Positions 12,791 to 25,705 of a stretch of DNA of 64,000 nt are shown one piece after another (the stretch's first letter is position 1; each line of letters begins with the position of its first letter). The stretch is taken from the NCBI RefSeq assembly GCF_964355755.1, contig NC_092672.1, forward strand, positions 15,748,001 through 15,812,000, written 5' to 3'. The notes beneath the pieces are model-generated. The model ran no database searches and was not told the origin of the DNA. It saw only the letters and a program-made list of their open reading frames with translations. The translations under genes were made by a program, and so were the position numbers. The stretch comes from Antedon mediterranea. Its lineage: Eukaryota; Animalia; Echinodermata.

Positions 12791-13649
12791 TATACGAAAA
12801 TACCATTGACTATCTTAAAATGTAATTGTTTTTCTCGATGCCATTAGTCGAACTAGGATTGCTAATTTCTGTACGTACTTCCAAACAGGGTATAAGTCAT
12901 AAAACTTAACATTGTCCCACCAACAAGTTACATAGGGTACGGCAGAGTAACCTTTTGAACGAGAGCACTCATTTTGACATACGTTCTGGTGATTTCAACT
13001 ATACAGTATATAAGAAGTTAATTAAAAGAATATTTTTAAATAATTGCATGCAATATACCAGATTTAAGGATTTGGAGCATTACATAAATGAGGCACGGTA
13101 AATATCTTTTCTTTGCAAAATATATCGATATGTCAGCCATGTCTGACGGCTCCTCGAAAATGCAATGATGAATCGCTAAGTACGTCGGTCATCAGTTTGA
13201 TGATATACTCTATGTTGTCCAATTAATATTTTTATCCCGGTCAATCCATGACTTTGGACGTCCTGACTTCCGAGCTCGCTCGATTTTTTACCATGCAAAA
13301 ATATCTTTTCTATATAGCCAACGTAAAAAGCGTTTTTCTTTAAACCTATTATTTTAATACTACAGAATGCTGGAATTTATCTTCATCTATGTAGCATACC
13401 CCAATTATGATATCATAAAAAAAAGCACTGATCTTTGGTCATAGATCGTTTTCTTTTGCAGCACCCACACTCAGGAATTCACTCCCCACCACAAATTAAA
13501 CACTGCTCTTCTGTTGCCTTATTTTTAAAATTGCTCAAAACTCATTTTTTTGACCACTAACATGCCCAGCGCCTTTGATTTTGTACCTCGGTCTTTGAAT
13601 TGACGCTTTATAAATATTGATATAATATAATAATATAATAATAATTCTC

Positions 13650-14520
13650 AGAGGAGTAAGGCAAGGGGATCCAATATCTCCTAAATTGTTCACAGCTGCT
13701 CTAGAGGAGGTCTTTAAGAACACAGACTGGAGCGACAAAGGTATCCTAGTAGATGGTGAACGATTAACACATCTTTGCTTTGCAGACGATATTCTCATCC
13801 TAAGCCACACATGTCAAGAACTTCAAGAAATGATGCAGGACCTTGACAAAGAAAGTAGGAAGGCAGGTCTCAAAATGAACATAAAGAAAACCAAGTCATG
13901 TCAAATACCAAACACCAAAACTTCAAAGTAACTGTACTTGGAAAGGATTTGGAAGTAGTTGACCACTACATCTATCTTGGAAAGAAAATAACCTTCATAA
14001 ATAGCTCAGGAGAGGAGATCAAAAGAAGAATCCAGCTAGGTTGGGCAAAGTTCGGTTCCTTGGGATACATATTCCGCGACACATCATTACCTATCTCGTT
14101 GAAAAGACAGGTTTTCAACCAATGCATCATACCAACCCTTATCTACAGTTCGGAAACATGGACCATTACTAAGCGTCTCGAAAAAAGGCTAAGAGTAACA
14201 GAAAGGGCAATGGAAAGAGTAGAAAAGAGAAAGATAAAGTGTCAAATACAAATCTCAGATTTAGATCAGGAGTTCAAGACATAATAAGAAATCAAAGAAA
14301 TGGAGGTGGGCAGGACATTTGGCCAGGAGATGTGACAATAGATGGACAGTCAGACTGACAAATTGGACTCCAAGAACCTACAAAAGAGGCAGAGGGAGAC
14401 AAAAGATGAGATGGAGGGATGAACTAACAACACATGGTGGCATTGCATGGCAAAGAGTAGCTAGAGACAGAAGTAAATGGTCAATTGGTGAAGAGGCCTT
14501 CGTCCTGCAGTGGAAATAGT
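13650..14520 (+). mobile_element. 5'-truncated RTE-clade LINE (RT 3' half, frameshifted)
   Basis: GVRQGDPISPKLF, HLCFADDILIL, YIYLGK, EEIKRRIQLGWAKF, WRWAGH, RGRGRQKMRWRD, EEAFVLQW. Confidence 0.9.
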
Positions 14521-14920
14521 CAGTGTCCAGGTTTAATATGCATAGGCCTACTATAACATGCAATTTGAAAGAATAGTGCTTTTACTAAACGAACTTGCTT
14601 TAGTTATTCCTCTATAACTTTATTTCCGCAAAATATCTATTTCACTGCCCCCTATGAGTATAACACACCCCAGAATCCGCATCTGCTGAATTTTGGATTT
14701 ATAACGATGTGCCTCGAAGGCCATCGCTACCACTAAACATTGCCAGGAGAATAAAAGCCGGGAAATGTTATATTTGATGTGATGCTGATAACTTATATGA
14801 AGCAAAATATGCGAATAATATGGCCAATCTGATACAGATAGTTATGAAGTATCATATAATATGTAAGCAAACCATGGAATGATGATTGGACAAAGAAGAA
14901 GACGATGATAATTTAGTCAT

Positions 14921-15258
14921 TGTATTTTTTTTTGTATTTTGTATTAATATTTGTCCTCAGTGAGGAAATTAGGATTAGGCCCTCCACGGACCCACGGCAG
15001 CCAGCAGTGCAGCGCCTACCAGATTAGGCAATGAGAGTAAAGCATCTTGCCTAAGGATGCAATTAGTATGGTACAGATAACCTCGAACCCATGCCTATCA
15101 CATGCTAGTCCGATATTACCATTACACCATCACTCTCCAGTATATACAGCACCCGCCACGATTTCTAGACGGTCTCCCATCCAAAACGCAACCGGGCCCA
15201 ACGTTGCTTAACTTCGGTGATCTGACGAGAACCGGTGTTTCAACGCAGTATGGCCGAC
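14921..15258 (-). mobile_element. Composite 5S rRNA-head + tRNA-like SINE
   Basis: 5S-like segment 15258-15143, then tRNA-like A/B boxes (TGGTGTAATGG, GGTTCGAG), CCTTAGGCAAG core and an (ATACAA)n/A-rich tail. Confidence 0.65.
15143..15258 (-). pseudogene. 5S rRNA-derived sequence (diverged)
   Basis: Reverse complement reads CGGCCATACTGCGTTGAAACACCGGTTCTCGTCAGATCACCGAAGTTAAGCAACGTTGGGCCCGGTT...GGATGGGAGACCG...CGGGTGCTGTA, matching metazoan 5S with substitutions and indels. Confidence 0.85.
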
Positions 15259-16825
15259 TGTTCGACACATTAAAACATTTAGGCATCTTATGTTTTTAAA
15301 TGATTTATTTTGGAGGAGGACGGCCATTTTAGGGTTAATCTGTGACAGTTATAATACAATGTATCCCATAGGGTCAGATCTAAAATCGTGTGTTTTCACA
15401 TAATTACCATATATCTATATATACGGTAATTATTATAATTTCGTATTGCTCAATGTTTAACAGTTAAAGCCTGGTTTCCAGTCGACGTAAGACTTGCTTC
15501 AGCTTCGTCGTTTTCTTACGATTACGCTTGCGTTCTGATCAGTTGACTAAAAACTAACGTCGACATTGGACCGCACAAATTTAGATTATTACATGTGCTG
15601 ATTCCGTCTTTACGAAAGTTGAATTTATTGCAAAGTCTGTCCTTCTTGCCCTTACGTCGAGTTGAAATTTTTCCTTGCGATTAAAACACATATGACGTGA
15701 TAACAAGAAATGATTTCTGATCGGCTCATAAATTCCGCGCGAAAAGAGGAGGCCATTTTCCAAAACATAAACAGTGCAGTGAGGCTATTTGTTTACATAA
15801 TCTTAATTAGTTATTAATTAAAATGTTTATCAGTTCTTCTTTTGATAATCGCCGACAAATTTAATCTTTTTATTCTGAGAATTATTTTATGAGCTGCTTA
15901 AACAATCCCATGATTTTACCCACCCTGGAGAGCTTGTTTATCGGAGTTTTACTTTTGTGTCTGCCGCCTTTTGTTTTGATTTTCTTTGTACCACCCTGCA
16001 TGGCTTATTGTTTGTGATTAGACTGTATTATATAATTGTCTGCTTTTCTAATTATTTTTTATTCCTGATGATGATGATCTTTATTTGATGAACGTTGAAT
16101 ATCATGACTTGCCTACGATGTTATTTACATATACAGTTTATCTATTGGTTTTTTTTTACCCGGTTTTGATGTAGGCTAATAATTATTTATTTTCATCCTC
16201 AAATTATCATATGCCTATAAATTGTGTTTAGATTCAAGCAAACACTACGGTGAATTTAATAAATATATATTATTAATTTATTACCTAACCTACCTTCATC
16301 ATACAATTAAAACAAAATCATTACGTAATTTTCCCCCACCTGCTTTTGAATGCAAACTATATACCAGGTGAACGTATTGTTATCCTGATGATCCTGATGA
16401 TGACACTGTTCTCTAACATTTTATGAAATTTTATTGCCATAACGTCTTTAATTTAGTCCGTCTGTGTGTATTATTTTTACAGATTATATCGTATTTTTAC
16501 TATGTTTATATAATTATATTTAAGTAACAAGAAAGACAATTTTGTATAGTTCTCACATCTATTTTGTATTTCATCCACCTAAATTATTACATTCTATCAC
16601 GAATTGAACAACATCGTGGTTCAGGTTTATTTATTGTCAACAATTCTTATATACGGTACTTTCTACTTTCTTTCACCTTTCCAAGCTTTGACCTTCTTGC
16701 CAACGTCACATAATCCACGTCACTGATTGGCTGGCGCTTACGAAAGTTGACTTCGAGTTAGGGGGGAATCGGAAATTGTTGGGATACTGTTGCTGTCAAT
16801 GGCATTTCTGTATATCCAAAGGTAT

Positions 16826-17459
16826 TGTAACGGTGGTATTTTAGTGTATCCGTTACTATATCATATAGTCTCAGCGGCAGGATTTCCCACAGTCACAAAA
16901 TGTACCAACAGCACATATGGTTTATGGTCAGATACAGTTTTATTTAAATATGCAATGTAATACAGTCTGTTCTGGCTATATTACATACCTTTTCTTCTCT
17001 CTATTATAAATGTTTTATTCTACCAAGCTCTTTTCCTTCTCTCTATTATAAATGTTTTATTCTACCAAGCTCTTTTCCTTCTCTCTATTATAAATGTTTT
17101 ATTCTACCAAGCTCTTTTCCTTCTCTCTATTATAAATGTTTTATTCTACCAAGCTCTTTTCCTTCTCTCTATTATAAATGTTTTATTCTACCAAGCTCTT
17201 TTCCTTCTGTCCTCTTCTCTTACCAGTACATCCATATTTTAAGGAACGGTCCTAATTAATATGCATGTACTGGGAGGGGACTATTTAGTAAAGGAAACAT
17301 TCCATGATGATGAGGAAACAGTAATTGATTAAGGATGTGGGTTATAGGAGAGTGAATAAAGAGTACCTAGGGATAGGAAGAAACCACTAGGAATGTTAAT
17401 AGATGGAGTAGGGAGAAATAGTGAAAAAGGGTTGTTGACCTGATGGTCAGAGTGTTACA
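16826..17459. mobile_element. Probable solo LTR
   Basis: TGTAAC...GTTACA termini, imperfect 4-bp flanks GTAT/TTAT, and it cleanly interrupts a copy of the 140-bp repeat family. Confidence 0.6.
16990..17208. repeat. 42-bp minisatellite, about 5 copies
   Basis: Unit TTTTCCTTCTCTCTATTATAAATGTTTTATTCTACCAAGCTC at 17031, 17073, 17115 and 17157, plus flanking copies. Confidence 0.95.
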
Positions 17460-17754
17460 TTATTAGTTACAATGTAAAAGGGATTTTGACATGTGGCATG
17501 ATTAAATCTTGTATGGCTCAACAGGCATTTTTGGGCTACTGTCTGGGGAAACTTACAGGATAAAGTTGCTGTCAATGGTATTTTTGTGCATCCCAATGGG
17601 TAACAGTTACAATGCAAAGGGAATTAGCCGTGTGGCTCTTGACGCGGCAGCAATATTGATTATTGAATCATATATCTACATAACTGCCATCAAACCTTTT
17701 CTGGCTTGTCACATGAATAAATTCTCTGGACGCCCGGTCTATTTTGGTTAAATT

Positions 17755-18490
17755 GAAATGCTTTTTTACAGTTTTATAATTAGTTAAAAACATAATTGTT
17801 TTGCATGAATTATGTATTTCCATCCTTATTTAGTAAGTTTACAAAATTCGAAATCATTTCGATTAAAAATCATGTCATACGAGCATGTCGAATTAGACAA
17901 TTCGTGCATGTTTTTGATAAAAAAGTTAAAAAATTGGTCAAAATTATGTCTTTTTTACACAGTCATAGTTTCTAAAATTAATTTTTATTACATATTCTAG
18001 AAGTTAATGAGTTGTAGATATCGTATCATGCATCAGTATGGCTAACCGGACATTGTGGCATCATCGTATGGCCACCCGAATATAAATATAAGATTTTTGT
18101 CTCTTTTGTCATAGCTTATCACGTTTCATAAAGCGCATCTCCGCTTATCTGTACCTCAATTTCCTTTTGATATAATATTTTGATATTGTCTAGGTCAATC
18201 AATTGTCTTCTGGATAATTTACAATCTTTTTCATTTTGATGACATCATCATGTTCATAAGCGTGAATAACTTGGGTCACTTAAGCGTGGTTCCCACTAGA
18301 GACGCAACAGAAGGACGTAACGCAACGCAAATGAATTGACCAATCACAAGCGATGGCTTATTCGCTTGTGATTGCTAACTATCTATAACTTCGCTTGTCA
18401 TTGGTTAAAATGCCTGCGTTGCGTTTGCGTCCTTGCGTTACGTTCTAGTGGGAACCAAGCTTTATTTTCATCATTACAGTAAATTTCAAT
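17755..18490 (+). mobile_element. Internal fragment of the Helentron-like family
   Basis: Colinear similarity to about 62760-63250 (e.g. GCTAACCGGACATTGTG, ATCGTATGGCCAC). Confidence 0.6.
18283..18461. mobile_element. PIF/Harbinger (Tourist-like) MITE, TTA TSD
   Basis: TIRs AGCGTGGTTCCCACTAGA / TCTAGTGGGAACCAAGCT, with TTA at 18280-18282 and 18462-18464. The paralogous empty site GGGTCACTTATTTTCATC is at about 61730. Confidence 0.85.
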
Positions 18491-18597
18491 ACCGTATATT
18501 TCAGTGTATAAGTCGCACCTGTGTAAAAGACGCACCTCCTAACTGAGAGTAAAATATCGGTATTTTTTATATCGTCGATGTATAAGACGCACCTTAT
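18491..18597. mobile_element. pogo/Mariner-like terminal fragment
   Basis: TA-CCGTATATTTC start with repeated TATAAG(T/A)CGCACC subterminal motifs. No second end found. Confidence 0.4.
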
Positions 18598-20336
18598 ATT
18601 CATAAAAACAATTTAAAAAAAAATTGTAATCAATATTATTGTAATAATAATTTTGTTATATCTACAACGGCGTCCTTTATTTAGGTTTTTTCTTACCTAG
18701 GCCTAGGCTCGGCCGCGCCCAGCCTCAACAAGTTCTTTCTAACTTGTTATTCATGAGTTTCGCACCCGCAACATCGAGTGGACAATCGTATTCGATTAGT
18801 GTCTATGTATCCAAGAAGTGTGTACGCTAGGTCCATGCTATAATCACCCGGAGATAGATCACTAGTCGAATACCGTACACCATGTGGCCGCCCAAGAAGG
18901 GCTTGCGCTGGGGGGTTTGTGTTATTTATATTATCTATAAGGATGGAGAAGAACTGACTGTAAAGATGGATTTGAAAACAAAAATTGATACCCATGGATC
19001 AATGAAATTAGCGCCGATCATTCACCATTAAATCAACAATTCAGCGCAACTGGGGTTTCTTCTTATTTTTTCTTCTTTTATTTAAACAACATACCAGGAT
19101 ACAGCTTATTTTCAATAGGATCCTGATTTTAAATTTTTAAAAATGGTTCATAATAATGCACACAGCATCATGTAATGAGTATTTTCTTGTGTGTGTAGGC
19201 ATGTGAAAACTAAAAAAATATACTAGACCCCATAAACTTCTCAATATTACGTTATATAGGGCCAGAGGCGTAGGCTGGTTGCTGTCTCTGGGTGAAATAG
19301 AGTTGCTACAGTAGGTCCCAGAAATTGGACTTATACTTCGAAATATGAAACGAAATTTTTAAGTATCCAGTACCAGCGCTATGGTTGGGGCTGAGCTAAG
19401 AAAATTTGACAAACTTTTTAACAGACCCCGTCTAAAAAGTAATATTGAGAAGTTTTTGTGAACAGAGACCTGTGTCTCAGGTCTCTGCAGTGTTCCAAGG
19501 TCTCTGTTTTTGTAAGACCCTGTTGGCTACTTAATTTAGATGTGAACCGTGTATAAAATGTAAACATTGAGAAGTTTTTTGGGGTCTTCTAGAACAGGAA
19601 CCTATGCGCTTCGAGTTTCTGGCGTCTGCAGTGATTTTTATTATCTCTAAAAAAAAGGGCACCTTGTAAAATTGGGGGGGGGGGGGGATATAATCCCTGG
19701 ATCTCCCACTGGATCTGCCCTAGATTTGAAATAGAAATAAATATGCTAAAGCTGAATTTTTCAGGCTAGTTCCCAAATTTAATTAACGATTACTAAATTA
19801 AAAGCACTATGTACTTAACATATACATTTAGAATTGATGTATATCTATACAATAGAACTTAACTATGTGGATTGTCAGATTTTTTTAAAAGTGGGCATGT
19901 CATGTATACTCTGTGCATACACACAAATATATCACAGGATTAATTGAACCTCTAAAATTTAGGGGATCCGTATCCGCTTTTGGACCTGTCATATACAAAA
20001 CAATCAAACTATTATAGAAGGTGTACTAATATAAACATAACTGGAAATATATTTTGGCCTTTAACCTTCCTTAAGGTACGCCAATAAAATGTATCTATGT
20101 AGTTTGCCATGAGCACCGTAGTAAATAATCGATGCTAATTTTTGTATTCACTCTTGTTAATTATACTCTTGACAATGACATTGATAAATATGTTTTTCTT
20201 CATAATCTGCCTGGTTTGTAAATAGGGGGCAAGGGGACCATCCAGTGATTGTACCACAGGAATGTCCAACTAATGTAACCATTAGTTGTAATATTTTGGA
20301 AGGCCTAACCCATTAATGAATATTAATTAAGTTCAC

Positions 20337-21424
20337 GGGTGTCACGAAACCTAAGACCACGAAAGCTAAGACCCCCTAGGACCTAAGATCACGAAAGCTA
20401 AGACCCAAGACCTAAGATTACAAATTCTAAGATATACTACAGCTTAAAAACAATACTTGTTTATCCATACATAATTTTAAACACAGTAGGTTTCATTTAT
20501 TACCATAAATATAATTAAATACTACCGCAAAACATAGATAAATTTACATTATTTTCGCCCGTTGAGTAAATGTATATTTTTTTCTTTACAACAAACAAAC
20601 TTGATGGGTTGTTTGTTGGTATATATTTACTCCATTGTGTTGGTTCAGAGGATGTTTTTCTTACGCACCTGCCTTTCTTGTATTTTGACTCCAAATTTGT
20701 TGACGAACTTTATCCTGAATACCACACTTTAAAATTAGGATTTATAAGTACTTTCAGACGGAGAAACACATAAAAACAAATAAATAATCCTTTTAATTGA
20801 TGATTTTACAGACATGTTTCTTTGTATACTGTAACTCCTCGAGCTCCCCCGATGCTCAATGTTTTTGTTTCTATGGAGCGCCAGAAGAGCAACAATAATA
20901 GTACAAGTATAAAAACAGAAAGAAAACGAAACAAATCATGATTTTTAAATTAAAATTTATTTGCCAGTATTTATTTCTTCGTACTTGCATGATTATACTA
21001 TTATCATTACAATTTTAATTTTACATTGTTCCATCCACACTGTAGATGGACTCCACAGAGTTTTCAGCCCTCTATATAATTTTTGCTCTTTTGACGTTCC
21101 ATAGAAACAAAAACATTGAACATGGTGGAAGGCCTACTGCTACTGTACTGTAGGCTAGTCATGCGAAATTCGCAAACAGTGTGTGTGCGCGAGAAAAACG
21201 TCTGTAAAATGATCAATTTAAAAATGTATTTGTTACTTTTTATGTGATTCTTTTTCATAAAAGTGCCAATTCTAAGGTGTGGTATTCAGAATAAATGTTG
21301 GGAGTTAAAATACAAGGCAGGTGCGAAAGATAAATATTTGTAATCTTAGGTCTTGGGTCTTAGCTTTCGTGATCTTAGGTCTTAGGGGGTCTTAGCTTTC
21401 GTGGTCTTAGGTTTCGTGACACCC
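20337..21424. mobile_element. Foldback/MULE-like non-autonomous DNA transposon, copy 1, 10-bp TSD
   Basis: About 85-bp TIRs GGGTGTCACGAAACCTAAGACC... built from CTAAGA subrepeats; TSD TTAAGTTCAC at 20327-20336 and 21425-21434. Confidence 0.88.
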
Positions 21425-21921
21425 TTAAGTTCACTGTACATATTATATCACAGTAAAAAAAAGTACTCATGGGAAATGCTCTAACTTTTAGTGTTACTTT
21501 ATCTGTCATTTACATCAGGGAGTACATACCAATGCTCCAATACACGATGCTAAGCCAATGATGATAATGAGTTCAGAATCTGTTTGGGCTTTAGCTTATT
21601 TTTAATCCTGGTGACCAAATAAATACTATTATTTAATATTCGATACACAATTTAATTAAAGCTGCAGTCCTCCAAAAAATATATACCAATTGTTTTAGAA
21701 CTTTTAATACAGAATCTTTACTGGTCTAATGAGAAACAATTAGAACTAAAACGGCACTCTGAGAGTGCATACCGCCGCCTACTGTATAATTCACCTACAT
21801 AAGATTTTTGTGTCTTAATGCAAATTTGGTGTAATGGTTATGTAACCAGCCTTTCAACTAGCCGAATAGTTTCAGTTGACTAACAATAGAACAGCAACGC
21901 CAAAAACAAACAGGTGAATTT

Positions 21922-22382
21922 GGGCCTGTTTCTGCTGCAACTGCTCAAAATACGGTATTAAAATACGGTATTTTTTATACGGTATTTTTAGTACCCCGTT
22001 TCTGCTAACAATACTTCTTGGGTAGTCGTGTTAAAATCCATCCTTTTAACCTTAATTTGCAATAAATAAATAATAAATGTGGTTGTCCTTTTTATTACCT
22101 TTTAGTTGGCCGGACAATTTAACTTCCCCTCCCCCTCCCTCCCCACACAGATTTATATAGTAAATACCATAACGTCTTCGCTCCACATTTTCGCCGAATA
22201 TATCTATACACGTGTGTAAAATAGCTAATAGCGACAGAAAATAAAAACACGATGTTGACCTCATGTTGCAGGTTTAAAAAAATATGGTATTTTTTATTGG
22301 CAGCAGAAACAAAATACTTAATAATTAATAATTAATTAATACGGTATTAAAAAAATATTTTTTTGGCAGCAGAAACAGGGCC
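21922..22382. mobile_element. MITE with GGGCCTGTTTCTGCTGC-type TIRs
   Basis: GGGCCTGTTTCTGCTGC at 21922 and GCAGCAGAAACAGGGCC at about 22366-22382; internal ATACGGTATT repeats; related ends near 1570-1645. Confidence 0.55.
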
Positions 22383-24797
22383 TTTGAAAAAAAAAAAGGT
22401 TTTTAAAAACTATTACTACTGTACATTAAATCAAATTATGTTTTTATGTTTTAAAATTACAAATCACAAATTATAACTCTTGCCTCTTGTACAAAAATGA
22501 AGTTTTTTGGAAAAGAAAATGCAATTTCAGTTTACTTGTTACTTTAAGAGTACTGCTTGTCGGCTTTTGAAAATTGTCTTTTACCACTCAGGTCTGAAAA
22601 TAATAGTAAAAAGTGGTCCAGAACTGGGACCCTGGTCCGGATTGCCTCCAAAATTTAATGGAGTGGTCCTTGACTACCTGTAATCAAATGACAGGAATAT
22701 ATTTAGGTTTTATATACAATATACTGAATTGGAATTTATAGTACACGAGCCTGTATGCTAATCATAGTATGATTATCTTAATCTAAATTTAGGAAGAATT
22801 CGCCGAGAAAAAACATAAATATAAATTTTGATCAACAGTCAGAATGAAAGCTCTTAAAAGCAATTAAGCAAATGTACACCATGGATGCACAGATCGTTTG
22901 TTAATGATTTATACCTTTGATTTATTTTGCTATGCATTCAGAGAATAAAGATTAACTGTATATGTGGCTTGTTTGAGGTTGTTTGCTAATATTGTAATTC
23001 ATAGGTTCAATTAAGTGAAAAGGCAAAGTTTAGCAAACTGCTCTTGGGTGTATTGAAATTACAGTGTTTTAGTTTTAAGCTCTACTTAAACATGATTAAC
23101 ATCATATGGTAATTGGTCAGTTATGTCCTTGTATCTGCCTCTACACAGTTTCATCAATGAAGAATAAACTCTTTGCCATAATTATATAGTATCAGAATTT
23201 CTTTATAATTCAGATTTGCTGTTGAACAGTTTAGATAGAAATAGTTAGTATTTTTTAAGGTTTTATATTGTGTTCTTGATAGTAATTACCAAAAATGTAT
23301 CCTAATACTTTTTTTTTATATGAAAATATTTTTGTTTAAAAATTTAATTTAAAATGATTTTATAGTTTTACTAATTATCGATTTAATTAAAACATGACCA
23401 ACTTCAACAAAAAATCATCATAATATATAATATCATTGGCCATTAAGTTACATTTTAAAGTAGTTGTAGTAGTGTAGTTTAACTTGCATAATTTTAAAAC
23501 GATATAACTGGTTTAGGTAGAATAACATTTTTAAAATGAGTATTCAAAATTATGTAAAACTCATATACGTTTCATGAGAAATAACTTAAAATCCATTTTA
23601 CTTAGGGTCTGTCAAATAAAAAGTTTACATAAAAAGTATATTTTTAGACCGTCATTTCTACTAAATTTGTGTTCTTAAATAACTGTTTGAATTAGTCGTT
23701 GACAAAGTTGTTAACATTGCCCAACCAATGATCAGGCAGTCAAATGTTCAATATATATACAACTGTCAGTAAAATAACTATGTTGTAGCTAACCAGTTCA
23801 AGGACGTTCTAACCCCAATCGTTTGTTTGTTTTCACAACACGCCTTCAGGAAGTTATATTCAAGAGAATGGGAGAATTAGGAAACACTTACCACACAGAA
23901 GCTTATAGTTTACTAAGGCTGAAAAAATGGAATTCTGTAAACTTGGACTGGGCATACACATACCCCAAAGCACGATCTGGAAGAAGAGTCTAATAATAAA
24001 TAATTTCTCAGCCACTGGCCACATAACAGTGTATTCAATCTTCTCAGGCATATAACCACCAACTAACTGCATAACCACCGGGGGACATAAGTCTTTAATT
24101 CCCAGCCAGTGGCGGTCCGTCAGCAAACAAGGTTGCCGGGAAAAAAAGTTAGGCAAATAAGAATAAACTATTATTATTCTGACAATAATTGAACTGTAAG
24201 CATAATTCTTTCATCAGTAAAACTATTGTTTATTTACATGTAAAAAAATGTAGTTATTATCTAGCGCGTACAGCCGTACGCGCTAGATTGTTTACTTACA
24301 AATCTTCAAAAGGTCTGGTGACCTAACCCTATTCAACCTTGTTTATGTAGTAGTTGAGCCTCTCATGACCTGGGATTTGTTTGTAATATAAGTCGGTAAA
24401 TGTAATTATAAGTGCCAAAAACAGGGGTTTTTTTTCTCGAGGCCTTCATTATTCAAATTCTTTTAGAGAAAAAGCTCAAATACCATAAAGAATGTCCATT
24501 TATTTCATTTTTTTAAACAAAATTGTGAATCCATGAAGCTGAACTATAAAACCACCATTTTATGATATGGTGTCATTGGAAGCCAATCAAAGCTGAGAGG
24601 CATTGCTGACCGTTGAATGATTTTGGAATCTGGCTATTTGATTGGTGGCAATGGTGGATGCGAATCAGTGGCAATGGTGGATGCGAATCACTGACAACGG
24701 AATGTTTTCTCTCGTGTGTACCGTGAAGTCACATGGTCTCTCTCTACTGATCGTTAATACACAAATTTAGAGAAATGAATTTGTCCGGATTCCCTTA

Positions 24798-25705
24798 CGC
24801 CCGTATTCTTAAACCGGACTTTAGTCGTAGTTCGAGCTAAAACTAAAAAAATGACATCATTTTAATTCATAAACCGAACTTCAACTAAATCACCGACTAA
24901 ATCAGGCCAACCTCGACTAAATCGAGACGGATTTTGATCGATTTTTTCAGTCCTTGAGGGGGCAGGCTAAATGGTCGACTAAATGGTTTTTAAGCGATGT
25001 TTATAAAAAACGTAACAGTCATTGAGTTGTTATATTGGACAGATATTGAAGAATGAAATATCTATATTTATATTAGCTTAATTAAATATACATTGGTATA
25101 AGTTACAATAATGAAAATCATCTTTATTTACAACTGTATACAAATTACATTATTTTCATCGCGCAAGTCCAACTTGAACTACGTCACGCCATAGCGACAA
25201 TGGGAGATGCGGCAATTCACCACGCGATGGAATGTTTAGGGGGCCTAGTGCTTTCTTGTCACGCTATGAAGTGCGTGGTTCATCGCGATCATACTTTGTT
25301 GGAGGCCTAGAAAATACCGTACCGCCATGGTTCCTAAATATATTTTGAAGATTTTGTTTGTTGTTAATCAAAAGTACTTCACTGTTAAATTAATACTGAT
25401 CTTGTTCTAATAATTAACAATTAAAATTATTTTTCATGTATATAGTCCTGATGCGTAAAAGGTTTTGTAAGAAAATGGAAAGTGATATCAATTCGCAAAA
25501 TTTTGTCTGCTCCTCAAATACTCTCTTGTCATTGGCCAATGTTTAGCCTTTGTTACCCAGACGTGTGCAACTCGACCAAAAGCTCGACTTCATTAAGTCG
25601 AACTGCAAACTTCGACTACTTCGAATTTGAAGTAATAGCTCGAACTACGACTTTTTCAAGTCGAACTTCGAACTACGACTAAAGTCCGGTTTAAGAATAC
25701 GGGCG
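24798..25705. mobile_element. PIF/Harbinger-type MITE, TTA TSD
   Basis: Perfect TIR CGCCCGTATTCTTAAACCGGACTTTAGTCGTAGTTCGA at both ends, with TTA at 24795-24797 and 25706-25708. Confidence 0.88.

Noticed and set aside
15143-15258. Functional 5S rRNA gene
   Set aside because: Substitutions and indels in the 3' half, no oligo-T terminator, and it is fused to a SINE body.
23860-24156. Possible host exon or ORF
   Set aside because: No recognisable domain or convincing splice pair.
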